A DNA stretch of 64,000 nt from Alphaproteobacteria bacterium (GTDB lineage: Bacteria > Pseudomonadota > Alphaproteobacteria > RF32 > CAG-239). The stretch covers positions 13,304 to 77,303 of the forward strand of contig JAFTWG010000008.1 of assembly GCA_017465405.1 (NCBI GenBank), given 5' to 3'. Within the stretch, counting starts at the first letter, position 1; each line of letters starts with the position of its first letter. The notes beneath the pieces are model-generated. The model was not told the origin of the DNA, made no database searches, and was given only the letters and a program-made list of their open reading frames with translations. The position numbers and the translations under genes are program-made. This document shows, in pieces, positions 9,016 through 19,133 of the stretch.

Positions 9016-11112
9016 ATGAACGATTTTGAACGCAAAGAACCCAGTTTTGACAAAGTTGTAATGGAGTCAACAAAGTCTCCGCAACCTAATGCTCAACCAC
9101 CTGCTCAAAGATATCGCCGTCGTAAAATTAAAAAACATCCGTTTTTATACTATTGGCTCAATTTGATATTCTTTAGTGTGACAGGAATATCTTTGCTCGC
9201 AACCAATTTTATTTTGTTTGCCTCTGCCGGCGCCGGAAATATATTCAGTGCATTTCCGATGATGCGTCCGGAGGTTCTGACTTCGTTGATTATAATTGCG
9301 GCTGTTACCTTTTTTATCTATTTCTGTTTTTCCGGTTTTGTTATGATGATGAGTCTTGTATCTGCCGGAATAATGTATATGTTCAGTTCGGCAATGTTTG
9401 CCCATTTTGCAAATTTCAGTTCAGCCGCTGAAACCACCGGTCACTCGGAAACCTATATATCATTAGCATTAGCTTTTATTACATTTGTTGTCTTGTTTTT
9501 CAGCAATAAAAAAATTCGCTTTTTTATCGCTTGTTCGGCCGCCTTTTTGTTTGGGGCAGTAATGATGCACCAAAATTATGATAAACCGGAATTTAAGATT
9601 GAAGAAAAAACGGCAATGAATGGCGATTCCGAAAAAGGACAAAAGGTAATTAATATTATGATGCCTAATCTTCCGGCTTACGGATACATTGCCAGCTTAG
9701 AAGATAAAGAAGCAGGAAAAGCTTATCGAGACCAATTAAAAGAAGTTATGTTGGGATTTTATGCTAAATATGGCTTTAAACTTTATCCCAATTCCTATGT
9801 ATCCGGTAGCAATCCTTATATTAATGCCGCAGACAGCTTGAATTATAAAGTTCCTGAAAATCTTTTGGACAATTTGCAAACACAAGTTATGAAGGATAGC
9901 TATTGGCAATTTAAAAACCGCAATGCTTTTGAAGCATATCTAAAAAACAGCAAGATGATAGACGATTATCAGGCCAAAGATTATAAGATAAGTGCTTATC
10001 AATCTCACGGGATAAATTTATGCCGCAAAAATAACAAAGATAATGTATATCGTTGCGTTACCAAAATTACCAGTCCAGCCACATTAGATACACCTATATA
10101 TTCAGTATTTGACAGAGCTTATGTGCTTATGGCTCAATGGATAGAAGAAAGCGGATGGTTAAAACATGGTCCTGAAACTTTATATAAAGGACTAAAATCT
10201 ATTTATGATCCGTCCGAAACCCCGATAGTCGGTATGTCATATAATGGTTTGTATATTGTAGATTCATTGCAACAGCTTGATATTGCTATGGAAAATATTG
10301 CAGAAGACAGGGGAAATAATGCCTATTTTATATATTTAGATATGCCATCCGAAATGTTTATATATGACGATATGTGTAAACTTAAGAGTATAGGTGAATG
10401 GCTACCTAAAAATAATAAAGAATGGGTAGGGCGTCGTAAAGTTGTTGAAAAACGTAATGCGTATTTCAGACAAACGATGTGTGCATATGGTAAACTGGGG
10501 CAGTTTATGCAAAACCTCCAAAAAGCAGGAGAACTTGATAATACAACCGTTATTATACAAGGATTAAGCGGTATGGATGATTTGTTAGGCGAAAAAGATG
10601 CAACATTAGTTCAGAATTTTATGAATGGAAAAATGGCTTCGGTAGCAATATATTCTTCTGAAAGCAAAAAATTCACCATTAACAGAATGATATGTTCAAT
10701 TCCGGATATATTAAATCAACAATTTAATGGTGAAAATTGTGAAGAATTTAAGGGGGTTAGCTCTTCTAAAACTACAAAACAAGCGATTAGGGATAAACTA
10801 AATTCTGTACCTTATAACAACAATGTGGCTCAAAAATCTTTCCAAAGATATAATGATTGGTCAAGAATGTGGAATCAAAACAACTTCCAAAGCTTGGCTA
10901 AACTTCCCACAAAGGCTACAGGACTATTACCGGAAGAGGTTGTTATTAATAAACAGCCGGAAATGCTACCTTTAGAAGAAAAAACAATTGAAGGTCAAAA
11001 GATTATGGAAGGGCAAGTAAATGTTGCTCCTGAAGCAAAGGTTGAATCTTTGTCAGAAATGAGTAAAGAACCGATACCTTTAGAGGAAACAAAAGAAGTT
11101 GTCGCACAATAA
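9016..11112 (+). CDS. Multi-pass membrane protein with a large extracytoplasmic domain (function unknown; architecture recalls PbgA/YejM- or EptA-type proteins)
   Basis: About 5 hydrophobic helices lie in the first ~190 aa, followed by ~500 aa of soluble domain. I could not recognise any catalytic motif. The 3' end overlaps the yejE-like start by 14 nt. Confidence 0.4.
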   Translation: MNDFERKEPSFDKVVMESTKSPQPNAQPPAQRYRRRKIKKHPFLYYWLNLIFFSVTGISLLATNFILFASAGAGNIFSAFPMMRPEVLTSLIIIAAVTFFIYFCFSGFVMMMSLVSAGIMYMFSSAMFAHFANFSSAAETTGHSETYISLALAFITFVVLFFSNKKIRFFIACSAAFLFGAVMMHQNYDKPEFKIEEKTAMNGDSEKGQKVINIMMPNLPAYGYIASLEDKEAGKAYRDQLKEVMLGFYAKYGFKLYPNSYVSGSNPYINAADSLNYKVPENLLDNLQTQVMKDSYWQFKNRNAFEAYLKNSKMIDDYQAKDYKISAYQSHGINLCRKNNKDNVYRCVTKITSPATLDTPIYSVFDRAYVLMAQWIEESGWLKHGPETLYKGLKSIYDPSETPIVGMSYNGLYIVDSLQQLDIAMENIAEDRGNNAYFIYLDMPSEMFIYDDMCKLKSIGEWLPKNNKEWVGRRKVVEKRNAYFRQTMCAYGKLGQFMQNLQKAGELDNTTVIIQGLSGMDDLLGEKDATLVQNFMNGKMASVAIYSSESKKFTINRMICSIPDILNQQFNGENCEEFKGVSSSKTTKQAIRDKLNSVPYNNNVAQKSFQRYNDWSRMWNQNNFQSLAKLPTKATGLLPEEVVINKQPEMLPLEEKTIEGQKIMEGQVNVAPEAKVESLSEMSKEPIPLEETKEVVAQ

Positions 11113-12112
11113 TACCATAAAACATTTTAAGCAAAACAAAAGAGCTTATTACTCAGCTCTTTTGTTTGCTGTTATTATGGTTATAAGCTTTTTTTCCGAA
11201 TTCATTGCAAACGATAATCCCTTGATTGTATCATATAAAAATAAACTTTATTTTCCGATATTTCAAACCTATACCGATGCGGATTTCGGTGGCGATTTTC
11301 CGACACCGGCAGACTATAAAGACGAATTTATAATCAATAATATAGAAAATAACGGTTGGATGATAATGCCGATTATTCCGTTTTCTTTCAATACGGTTGA
11401 TTTTTTAATGAAAACTCCGACACCGGCTCCTCCCAGTAAACAACATTGGTTGGGAACAGACGATGAGGGGCGTGATATATTGGCCAGAATACTTTACGGC
11501 ATCCGTTTGTCAGTATCATTTGCGTTTGTTTTAACTATTGTTTCTTCAATAATTGGTATTATTGCCGGTGCTGTTCAAGGATATTTCGGCGGAAAAACAG
11601 ATATTATAATGCAAAGATTTATTGAAATTTGGGAATCTTTACCGCAACTGTTCATACTTATCATTGTCGCCAGTATGTTTATTCCTACTTTTTGGAGCTT
11701 ATTAATTATTCTTCTGTTTTTCTCTTGGACATCTCTAACCGGTATGGTTCGAGCAGAATTTATGCGTACTCGTAATTTTGAATTTGTAAAAGCAGCCAAA
11801 GTATTGGGAGTAAGCAACTGGAGAATTATATATCGCCATATTTTGCCTAATGCAGTGGTTGCGACAATAACTTTTGTGCCTTTTCTTATCTCCGAAGCCA
11901 TTGTTGCTCTAACAGCGCTCGATTTTCTCGGTTTAGGCTTATCTCATGAATATCCGTCTCTCGGCGATTTAGTCAGACAAGGAAAAGATAATTTACAAGC
12001 TCCGTGGATAGGCATTTCTATATTTGTTGTTCTTTCTACTCTGTTGACTTTGTTGATTTTTATAGGTGAGGGGGTGCGAGATGCACTTGATACCAGAAAG
12101 GAACAACGATGA
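11099..12112 (+). CDS. yejE: ABC transporter permease, YejE-like (peptide/microcin C type)
   Basis: NPLIVSYKNKLYFPIF and HWLGTDDEGRDILARILYG segments are characteristic of YejE-type permeases. Six predicted TM helices are present. The start is TTG. Confidence 0.75.
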   Translation: MSHNNTIKHFKQNKRAYYSALLFAVIMVISFFSEFIANDNPLIVSYKNKLYFPIFQTYTDADFGGDFPTPADYKDEFIINNIENNGWMIMPIIPFSFNTVDFLMKTPTPAPPSKQHWLGTDDEGRDILARILYGIRLSVSFAFVLTIVSSIIGIIAGAVQGYFGGKTDIIMQRFIEIWESLPQLFILIIVASMFIPTFWSLLIILLFFSWTSLTGMVRAEFMRTRNFEFVKAAKVLGVSNWRIIYRHILPNAVVATITFVPFLISEAIVALTALDFLGLGLSHEYPSLGDLVRQGKDNLQAPWIGISIFVVLSTLLTLLIFIGEGVRDALDTRKEQR

Positions 12113-13653
12113 ATATATTAGAAGTAAAAAATCTTAATATTGCTGTTTCCGATGGACGAAAAGTAGTAGACGATGTTAGTTTTGAGCTAAAAAAAGGAGA
12201 AATACTTGGAATAGTAGGGGAGTCCGGTTCCGGAAAATCATTAACTTCGCTATCTGTTTTAGGACTTTTTCCACATCTTGACGGTGCTTCAATTAAAATA
12301 TCCGATAAAGAAATGGCTCACAATAGCGAAGAAGACTGGAGAGCAGTCAGAGGAAATAAAATAGGTTTTATTTTTCAAGAACCGATGTCTTCACTAAATC
12401 CGTTGCATACTATCGGAAAACAAATCACCGAAACCATTATATTACATCAAAATATTTCCCTACAAGAAGCAAAAACAAAAGCTCTGGAATTGTTGAAATT
12501 GGTCGGTGTAGAAAATCGGCTTAACGCATATCCTTTTGAACTGTCAGGAGGACAACGACAAAGAGTAATGATTGCAATGGCTGTCGCAAACAATCCCGAA
12601 ATTTTGATTGCAGATGAGCCTACAACGGCACTTGATGTAACCGTTCAAGAGCAAATAATCGCACTATTACTGGATTTGCGAAAAAAACTTGATATGTCTG
12701 TAATTTTCATTAGTCACGATTTATCAGTTATACGTAAAATAGCAGATAGAGTTTTGGTAATGAAAGACGGAAAAATCATAGAAAGAGGTATAACGGAAAA
12801 GATATTTAATCATCCTGAAAATGATTATACCAAAACTTTAATTAACTCCGTTAACATTTTGAAAAATATAAATAAAACAAGTGATGAGAATATATTGGAT
12901 GTTAAAAACATAAAAGTATCTTTTCCGATTAAAAAGAATTTTTTCGGTAAAGTAACCGAAATGCTAAATGCCGTAAATGATGTATCTTTTAGTCTTAATA
13001 AGGGGCAAACATTAGGTATAGTAGGGGAATCTGGTTCCGGAAAAAGTACATTGGGACTATCGTTGGTCGGACTTAATAAATATAGCGGAGATTTTATTTA
13101 TTGCAATAAAACGATAACTTCGTATAAGAGCAGGGAGCTTTGCAAAGAAATACAGATTGTTTTTCAAGATCCATATAATTCTTTAAATCCTCGTATGAAC
13201 GTAGAAGACATAATTAGCGAAGGATTGATGGTAAATTACCCTGATATGAGGAAAGAAGAACGAAAAAACAAAGTATTGTCAGTATTAAGAGAAGTCGGTT
13301 TATCTTCCAAAGATATGCAGAAATATCCTCATCAATTTTCCGGCGGACAGCGACAAAGGATAGCTATTGCCAGAGCACTTATTTTAGAGCCTAAATTATT
13401 GATTTTAGATGAACCTACATCTGCGCTTGATGTGACAATTCAGGCTCAAGTGCTAAAGTTATTGCAAGATATTCAAAATAAAAGAAATATAAGCTACATA
13501 TTTATATCTCACGATATGAAAGCGGTTAGAGCTATGTCTGACAAGGTTATTGTTATGAAAAACGGACAGATTGTCGAACAAGGAACGACCGAAGATATAT
13601 TTAACAATCCGCAACAAAACTACACAAAGCAGCTGATATCCGCCGCTTTGTAA
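12109..13653 (+). CDS. yejF: ABC transporter ATP-binding protein with two ATPase cassettes, YejF-like
   Basis: Walker A GESGSGKS occurs twice, the LSGGQRQR signature twice and Walker B (LIADEPT / LILDEPT) twice. The start overlaps the permease stop (ATGA). Confidence 0.85.
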   Translation: MNILEVKNLNIAVSDGRKVVDDVSFELKKGEILGIVGESGSGKSLTSLSVLGLFPHLDGASIKISDKEMAHNSEEDWRAVRGNKIGFIFQEPMSSLNPLHTIGKQITETIILHQNISLQEAKTKALELLKLVGVENRLNAYPFELSGGQRQRVMIAMAVANNPEILIADEPTTALDVTVQEQIIALLLDLRKKLDMSVIFISHDLSVIRKIADRVLVMKDGKIIERGITEKIFNHPENDYTKTLINSVNILKNINKTSDENILDVKNIKVSFPIKKNFFGKVTEMLNAVNDVSFSLNKGQTLGIVGESGSGKSTLGLSLVGLNKYSGDFIYCNKTITSYKSRELCKEIQIVFQDPYNSLNPRMNVEDIISEGLMVNYPDMRKEERKNKVLSVLREVGLSSKDMQKYPHQFSGGQRQRIAIARALILEPKLLILDEPTSALDVTIQAQVLKLLQDIQNKRNISYIFISHDMKAVRAMSDKVIVMKNGQIVEQGTTEDIFNNPQQNYTKQLISAAL

Positions 13654-13966
13654 GTGATATACGTGTCAGATTTGCAATTAAAATAATGGCATCTGAAACA
13701 GAATAGCCGCAGAAAAGATGTTTTATAACTTTTCTTACTATCATCGGATTTGGATTTCATTTTTCAATTCTGTAACGGTTTCTTCAATTTTGTCATCTTA
13801 TTATTAAATATTATCATTTTATATCAATCCGTTATAAAAATAAATTAAACTATACATAAGATAGATTATGCGATAAATATGTGTAATATTTTAGGGGAGT
13901 CTTCTCTATCATAAAGCACTGAAAATTATTTGATTTTATACAATCTGAATTTGTTGACTTTGTAAA

Positions 13967-14659
13967 CTAATTGTCACCATTTATTATATTTGCAATTTGT
14001 ACAATCTCTGACGGATTTATAATATGCGGCAAATCGTCAATTCTAAATGCTTTTACGTTTATATTGTGTTTTTTGAGCCAGTCTAATGAGAAATTTAAAG
14101 TTTTGTATTGAACAGTGACATCATCTTTTCCATGAAACATATAAACATTTGGATATGAATACAATTCTTTTTCTAAACAATCTTTTCCGGCAACAATTCC
14201 TGATAAAGCTATACAGCCCCCTACTTTTTGTTTTCTGCTCAAAGAAGTATATATTGCCATCATCGCCCCTTGAGAAAAACCGATAATGTAGGTATTTTCA
14301 TCATTTATGCCATATAATGCCTGTATCTCATCAATAAATGTATTCATTTCGGAAGCGTGCACCGAAAGCTGTTCTCCGGCTGCATTATATATTGCAACAA
14401 CTTCGTCTATCGGAGTATTAGGATTGCGTCTTTTGTGCTCTTTATCATGTTCCGAGACATTGTACCACTCTCTTACATTATTGTTTTTTCTTATTTTATT
14501 TGATTGTGGTGTAACTATAACCGCATTTTTTATCAATGCAGATAAAATGGTTGCTTCGGCCAGAACTCCATTCATCGAACTTCGATATCCATGAATAAAA
14601 ATGACCAGTTTATCAGGATTATGAACATTTCCATAACTCTTAAACTGATAAACCGGCAT
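13967..14659 (-). CDS. Alpha/beta hydrolase (phospholipase/carboxylesterase family)
   Basis: The nucleophile elbow GFSQGAMMA (GxSxG) is present, with later D and H residues (HGKDD, LPH) in the order expected for the triad. Confidence 0.7.
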   Translation of the reverse strand: MPVYQFKSYGNVHNPDKLVIFIHGYRSSMNGVLAEATILSALIKNAVIVTPQSNKIRKNNNVREWYNVSEHDKEHKRRNPNTPIDEVVAIYNAAGEQLSVHASEMNTFIDEIQALYGINDENTYIIGFSQGAMMAIYTSLSRKQKVGGCIALSGIVAGKDCLEKELYSYPNVYMFHGKDDVTVQYKTLNFSLDWLKKHNINVKAFRIDDLPHIINPSEIVQIANIINGDN

Positions 14660-14677
14660 TTTAATATATTCCTTTAT

Positions 14678-16897
14678 CTAGTTGAAAAACTTGTTGTTTT
14701 TTGGAAAACCGAAAGGCACAAGTTTTCCTATTTGTCCCCTGTGTCCTAACCATGTCAAAAGATTGGTTTCATTTCCGATACCACCGGATCGATTAAAGCT
14801 AAATCCATCAGCTTCATTGAAGAACTGAATATCGGATAATCCGCCATCCTTATATTTTTGCAAAATAACTCCGTGGCCACGAGCCATTGTCGGAATTTCT
14901 TCAGTCTTGAAAACTAACAATTTTCTGTTTTCTCCGACCACGGCAACCATATCACCATTAACTTTTACACAAAATGTTGCTTTTTCCTTGTCAGCTACAT
15001 TCATAATTTTGCGTCCGTTTTTGGTTTGGGCAATAATATGGTTTTCGTCGACAATAAAACCTCTTCCGATATTCGAAGCTAATAAATATGATGCTTTGGG
15101 CTCAAATACAAACATTGTAACCACGTTATCGTTATTAGCTATATCAACCATCAAACGCAACGGTTGACCAAAACCACGTCCGGTAGGAACATCATTTGCA
15201 GAAATATTGAAGAATTTTCCTGAACTGTCTAAAATTACTATTTTATCAGTTGTTTGAGCATGTATTGCAATCGCTAATTCGTCATCATCCTTAAATTTGA
15301 AGTCACCTTTTAAGTCCGAGTGTCCTTTTAATCCTCTAATCCAACCTTTTTGTGACAAGATAATTGTTATAGGTTCTTTTTCGATTAAGGCTTCAATAGG
15401 AACTTCTACCATTTCGGCAACTTCGGAAAATTCTGTTCTACGACGACCTAATGCAGTTTTTTTGCCAAATTTTTCTTTAGTATTTTTGACCTCTTCCGCA
15501 ATCGCAATCCATTGTTTTTCTTCACTTGCCAACAGACTTTCTAATCCGTTTTTCTCATTGGTTAAGTCGTCAAACTCTTCACGAATTTGACTTTCTTCCA
15601 ATCTGCGCAATGAACGAAGTTTCATATTCAAAATCGCTTCTGCCTGATTTTCGGTCAGAGAAAACTCTTTCATCATAACGGTTTTAGGTTCATCTTCGTT
15701 ACGAATAATTTCAATAATTCTATCTAAATTTAAGAAAGCGATTAAATATCCCGATAAAATTTCTAATCTGTAATTAATTTTATCTAAACGGAAATTTGTT
15801 CTTCTAATCAAAACATTATGGCGATGATTGAGATATTCGCGTAAAACTTCTTTAATGCTCATAACTCTTGGAACACCATCAGAATCAAGCACGTTCATAT
15901 TCATATTAAAACGGCTTTCTAAATCTGTTTGTTTGAATAAATGTTCCATCAATAAATTTGCATCAACAGTCCTGCTTTTCGGTTCTAAAACAATACGAAC
16001 ATCTTGTGCCGATTCATCTCTGATATCGTTTAATAGAGGAATTTTTTTATTTATCAGAAGTTCCGCAATTTTCTCAACTAATTTTGCTTTTTGAACCATA
16101 TACGGAATCTCTGTTACAACAATTTGATATTGTCCGTGTCCGAGATCTTCTTTTTCCCACTTGGCTCTGATTCTGAAAGTTCCCTTCCCTGTTGTATAAG
16201 AAGTTAAAATTGTTGAAAATTTATCAACAATAACCCCTCCGGTAGGAAAATCAGGACCTTTAATTCTTTTGACTAAAGGTTCAATTTCACATTGAGGATT
16301 TTCGATTAAATACAACAACGCATCACAAATTTCGCTCAAATTATGAGGAGGAATATTAGTTGCCATACCAACAGCAATACCTGACGTTCCGTTACATAGC
16401 AAATTTGGAACTGCCGCAGGCATAACTAACGGCTCACTTTCTTCTCCATCGTATGTATCCATAAAATCAACAGCATTATCGTTTAAGCCTTCCATCAATG
16501 CCATTGCAAAGTCGGTTAACCTTGCTTCGGTATAACGCATGGCCGCAGGGCCATCGCCATCAATATTACCAAAGTTTCCCTGCCCGTCAACCAACGGATA
16601 TCTTACTGAAAAATCTTGAGCTAAACGAGCCATAGCCCCATAAACGGCACTATCTCCATGGGGGTGATATTTACCGATAACATCACCGACAACACGAGCA
16701 CACTTCTTAAAACCGGCTTTAGGATCCAAGTGTAATTGACGCATAGCATACATTAAACGACGATGAACCGGCTTAAGTCCATCCCTAACATCGGGAAGCG
16801 AACGAGATACAATAGTCGACATAGCATAAGACAAATATCTTTTGCTCAATTCTTCGGCTAATTGCACATCTTTTATTTTTTGTTCAATTTCAGACAT
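14678..16897 (-). CDS. parC: DNA topoisomerase IV subunit A
   Basis: [14 protein letters not shown] and the active-site tyrosine context [10 protein letters not shown] are present. At 739 aa it is shorter than typical GyrA, consistent with ParC. Confidence 0.88.
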   Translation of the reverse strand: MSEIEQKIKDVQLAEELSKRYLSYAMSTIVSRSLPDVRDGLKPVHRRLMYAMRQLHLDPKAGFKKCARVVGDVIGKYHPHGDSAVYGAMARLAQDFSVRYPLVDGQGNFGNIDGDGPAAMRYTEARLTDFAMALMEGLNDNAVDFMDTYDGEESEPLVMPAAVPNLLCNGTSGIAVGMATNIPPHNLSEICDALLYLIENPQCEIEPLVKRIKGPDFPTGGVIVDKFSTILTSYTTGKGTFRIRAKWEKEDLGHGQYQIVVTEIPYMVQKAKLVEKIAELLINKKIPLLNDIRDESAQDVRIVLEPKSRTVDANLLMEHLFKQTDLESRFNMNMNVLDSDGVPRVMSIKEVLREYLNHRHNVLIRRTNFRLDKINYRLEILSGYLIAFLNLDRIIEIIRNEDEPKTVMMKEFSLTENQAEAILNMKLRSLRRLEESQIREEFDDLTNEKNGLESLLASEEKQWIAIAEEVKNTKEKFGKKTALGRRRTEFSEVAEMVEVPIEALIEKEPITIILSQKGWIRGLKGHSDLKGDFKFKDDDELAIAIHAQTTDKIVILDSSGKFFNISANDVPTGRGFGQPLRLMVDIANNDNVVTMFVFEPKASYLLASNIGRGFIVDENHIIAQTKNGRKIMNVADKEKATFCVKVNGDMVAVVGENRKLLVFKTEEIPTMARGHGVILQKYKDGGLSDIQFFNEADGFSFNRSGGIGNETNLLTWLGHRGQIGKLVPFGFPKNNKFFN

Positions 16898-16905
16898 TTT
16901 TTCTC

Positions 16906-17622
16906 TTACAAATCTAGATTTTCCAACAAACTAGCACGGTTTATCGGAAATTTCAAGCTGTGGATTTGAAAAAAGTTTTTATTGAGGAAAAATGCAGTCA
17001 TCTTTAGCAAATCCGCCACTTTGCAAGTATCGGGATTATAATTTTTATCCACAATAAAGTGAGGATATAAAAACAGTCGCTCTTTATACGGCTCGCCCGA
17101 TTCTTTACATACGGCTTTTCCGCTCTTAGGTGACACATATTCTAAATCATCTGTTTTTCTGGTGTCGGCACATTCACTTAAATCAAGCCCTATTCCCAAA
17201 TATTCAAGCAAATAAAACTCAAAAAAAGCATAATGAACAAGCCAGTTTTTTTGGTTTATAAGTTGAAAAAAACTGTCTATGTAATAATAAAATCGTTCTA
17301 AATTTTCATTTTCTTGCAAACAAGCAACACATAAAGAACACATTGCTGACAAAACAGACAATTTTTGCGGATTATTCATAAAATTTACGGCAACCGGTTG
17401 TATCATTTCAGTTTTGAAGGACAGCATATTTTCTTCAATTCGAGCATAAGCATCAATACGAATAAGATTTCCAAGTTGATAAATGCCTAAATTTTTCTTA
17501 CTCATTCCGCCTTTTACAAAACCGGTTAAAAGGCCGTGATATTTAGAAACAACAGTAACTATTACGGAGTTTTCTCCGTATTTTCTTAAATTTACTATAT
17601 ATCCTTCATCTACAAACTGCAT
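16906..17622 (-). CDS. recO: DNA repair protein RecO
   Basis: The N-terminal OB-fold region ([34 protein letters not shown]) fits RecO. I prefer the ATG at 17622 over the TTG at 17658 chosen by the ORF track. Confidence 0.75.
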   Translation of the reverse strand: MQFVDEGYIVNLRKYGENSVIVTVVSKYHGLLTGFVKGGMSKKNLGIYQLGNLIRIDAYARIEENMLSFKTEMIQPVAVNFMNNPQKLSVLSAMCSLCVACLQENENLERFYYYIDSFFQLINQKNWLVHYAFFEFYLLEYLGIGLDLSECADTRKTDDLEYVSPKSGKAVCKESGEPYKERLFLYPHFIVDKNYNPDTCKVADLLKMTAFFLNKNFFQIHSLKFPINRASLLENLDL

Positions 17623-17665
17623 ATAAATATTGTTAATTGGAAAAGTTAATTTTAGCAAGTATTAT

Positions 17666-17707
17666 TTAAAAACAGGAACCCCCTCTCTCATTTAAGAGAA
17701 AGGGGGG
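17666..17707 (-). terminator. rho-independent terminator of the 130-aa GC-rich gene
   Basis: On the minus strand the stem is CCCCCTTTCTC / GAGAGAGGGGG (one mismatch) and is followed by TTCCTGTTTTT. Confidence 0.6.
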
Positions 17708-17732
17708 TAATCTTCTGCAGAAACCGGCGGGA

Positions 17733-18125
17733 TTACTTTTCCCAAGGCTTCTTCTCTGGAGCTTTGTAGTAGAAAGCTTTGTGCTTGCACATACTTGTCT
17801 CGCGGAACGTGAATTCCTTCTCGTTGGCACTCAAGGTGATAACTGTTCTCTCCGGATTGATTTTGCGGGAGATAAGAATCTGTTCACCGTCTGGGTACTC
17901 GAAGACCGAACCAGGGAATACACCCCAAGCTTCGTCGTTCTTAGCGAGCTCAATCTTGTTGCCGGTGCGAAGGTCGGTGTATGAACCATCCTCTTCCTTA
18001 ATAGCCGGTACAAACATCGCAAGATACGGGCTGTCAAAGTCTCCGTAATGGAGCTTGCTGCATCCGTAATGTGCTTTCTCACGTACGATAACTACTACAC
18101 TCTGATTTTTTGCAATTTCTTTCAT
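17733..18125 (-). CDS. Hypothetical 130-aa protein encoded by a G+C-rich, Shine-Dalgarno-less single-gene unit
   Basis: A long ORF sits in a segment with about 46% G+C by my hand count, against low-30s flanks. It has its own promoter and terminator. I recognise no family. Confidence 0.7.
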   Translation of the reverse strand: MKEIAKNQSVVVIVREKAHYGCSKLHYGDFDSPYLAMFVPAIKEEDGSYTDLRTGNKIELAKNDEAWGVFPGSVFEYPDGEQILISRKINPERTVITLSANEKEFTFRETSMCKHKAFYYKAPEKKPWEK

Positions 18126-18180
18126 AAAGCAAATTTTTTATTTGGTTAATATTTATAGAATAATCGATTATCTGATACAG

Positions 18181-18209
18181 AATATACCTCTTTTTGTTTA
18201 TTTTGTCAA
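18181..18209 (-). promoter_or_regulatory. Near-consensus sigma-70 promoter for the 130-aa gene
   Basis: The minus strand reads TTGACA - 17 nt - TATATT (plus-strand TGTCAA at 18204-18209, AATATA at 18181-18186), about 55 nt upstream of the ATG. Confidence 0.5.
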
Positions 18210-18220
18210 CATCTTTTTGT

Positions 18221-18256
18221 CAAAAAAAAGAGGATTTTTTTATAAACCCTCTTTTT
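18221..18256 (-). terminator. rho-independent terminator of kdsA
   Basis: On the minus strand the stem is AAAAGAGG / CCTCTTTT with a T-run continuing after the stem. Confidence 0.6.
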
Positions 18257-18281
18257 ATTATTATTTTTTAGAAAAATATGT

Positions 18282-19115
18282 TTATTTCATAGCTTTTCTA
18301 ATTCTGTCAAACTCCATCAAATTAGCAACTACACTCTTCATATCTTTCAAATACATACTATTCGGACCATCTGACAATGCTTTATCAGGATTGTCATGTG
18401 TTTCCATAAATACGGCAGCAACACCTACGGCAACAGCCGCTCTGGCCAAAACCGGAGCTAATTCACGATTACCGCCGGTAGAACCGCCTAAACCACCCGG
18501 TTGTTGAACAGAGTGTGTAGCATCAAAAATAACCGGACAACCTGTATCAGCAGCCATTTGCGGGAAAGAACGCATATCGGTAACAAGAGTGTTGTAACCA
18601 AAAGATGTTCCTCTTTCTGTTAAACATACGTTGTCATTTCCCGAATCTACTGCTTTCATGACCAAGTGTTTAACATCCCATGGAGCTAAAAATTGTCCTT
18701 TTTTGATATTAACAACTTTACCTGTTTTGGCAGCTGCAACAACCAAATCTGTTTGACGACACAAGAAAGCCGGAATTTGCAAAACATCTACATATTCGGC
18801 AGCAATTTCACATTGTGCACATTCGTGAACATCTGTTAAAATCGGACAATCATATAACTTTTTAATTTCTTCGAAAGTTCTCATACCTTCTTCGATTCCT
18901 ACACCACGTGCAGATTTGATAGAAGTACGATTCGCTTTATCAAAAGAAGCTTTGAAAATATAGTTAATACCCAAATCTTTAGTGATTTCTACTAAAGTAC
19001 CGGCAATATCAATGGCATGTTGACGGCTTTCGATTTGACATGGACCTGAAATGAGAGCTATCGGTAATTCGTTACCGATTTCAAAATCTTTAATTTTAAT
19101 TTTCTTCTGTTCCAT
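18282..19115 (-). CDS. kdsA: 2-dehydro-3-deoxyphosphooctonate aldolase (KDO-8-phosphate synthase)
   Basis: LISGPCQIES, FKASFDKANR and FDATHSVQQPGG segments match KdsA. I prefer the ATG at 19115 (preceded by AAAGGA) over the TTG at 19130. Confidence 0.92.
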   Translation of the reverse strand: MEQKKIKIKDFEIGNELPIALISGPCQIESRQHAIDIAGTLVEITKDLGINYIFKASFDKANRTSIKSARGVGIEEGMRTFEEIKKLYDCPILTDVHECAQCEIAAEYVDVLQIPAFLCRQTDLVVAAAKTGKVVNIKKGQFLAPWDVKHLVMKAVDSGNDNVCLTERGTSFGYNTLVTDMRSFPQMAADTGCPVIFDATHSVQQPGGLGGSTGGNRELAPVLARAAVAVGVAAVFMETHDNPDKALSDGPNSMYLKDMKSVVANLMEFDRIRKAMK

Positions 19116-19133
19116 AGTTTTTCCTTTCAAAAA

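Noticed and set aside
13654-13966. 313-nt AT-rich spacer between convergent yejF and the hydrolase gene, examined for terminators, small ORFs or repeats
   Set aside because: I could find no convincing hairpin, repeat or SD-preceded ORF by eye, so it was left unannotated.
14907-16094. Four plus-strand ORFs (86-97 aa) inside the parC region
   Set aside because: They lie antisense to a full-length, motif-rich ParC gene. They have low-complexity, stop-poor composition and no SD, so they are shadow ORFs.
17779-18082. Three extra ORFs (67-89 aa) overlapping the 130-aa gene in other frames or on the other strand
   Set aside because: They are a by-product of the locally raised G+C content, which leaves fewer stop codons. 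Only the 130-aa frame has a promoter, start context and terminator in register. The same applies to 44850-45149 (+) and to 50452-50826 / 50529-50807.
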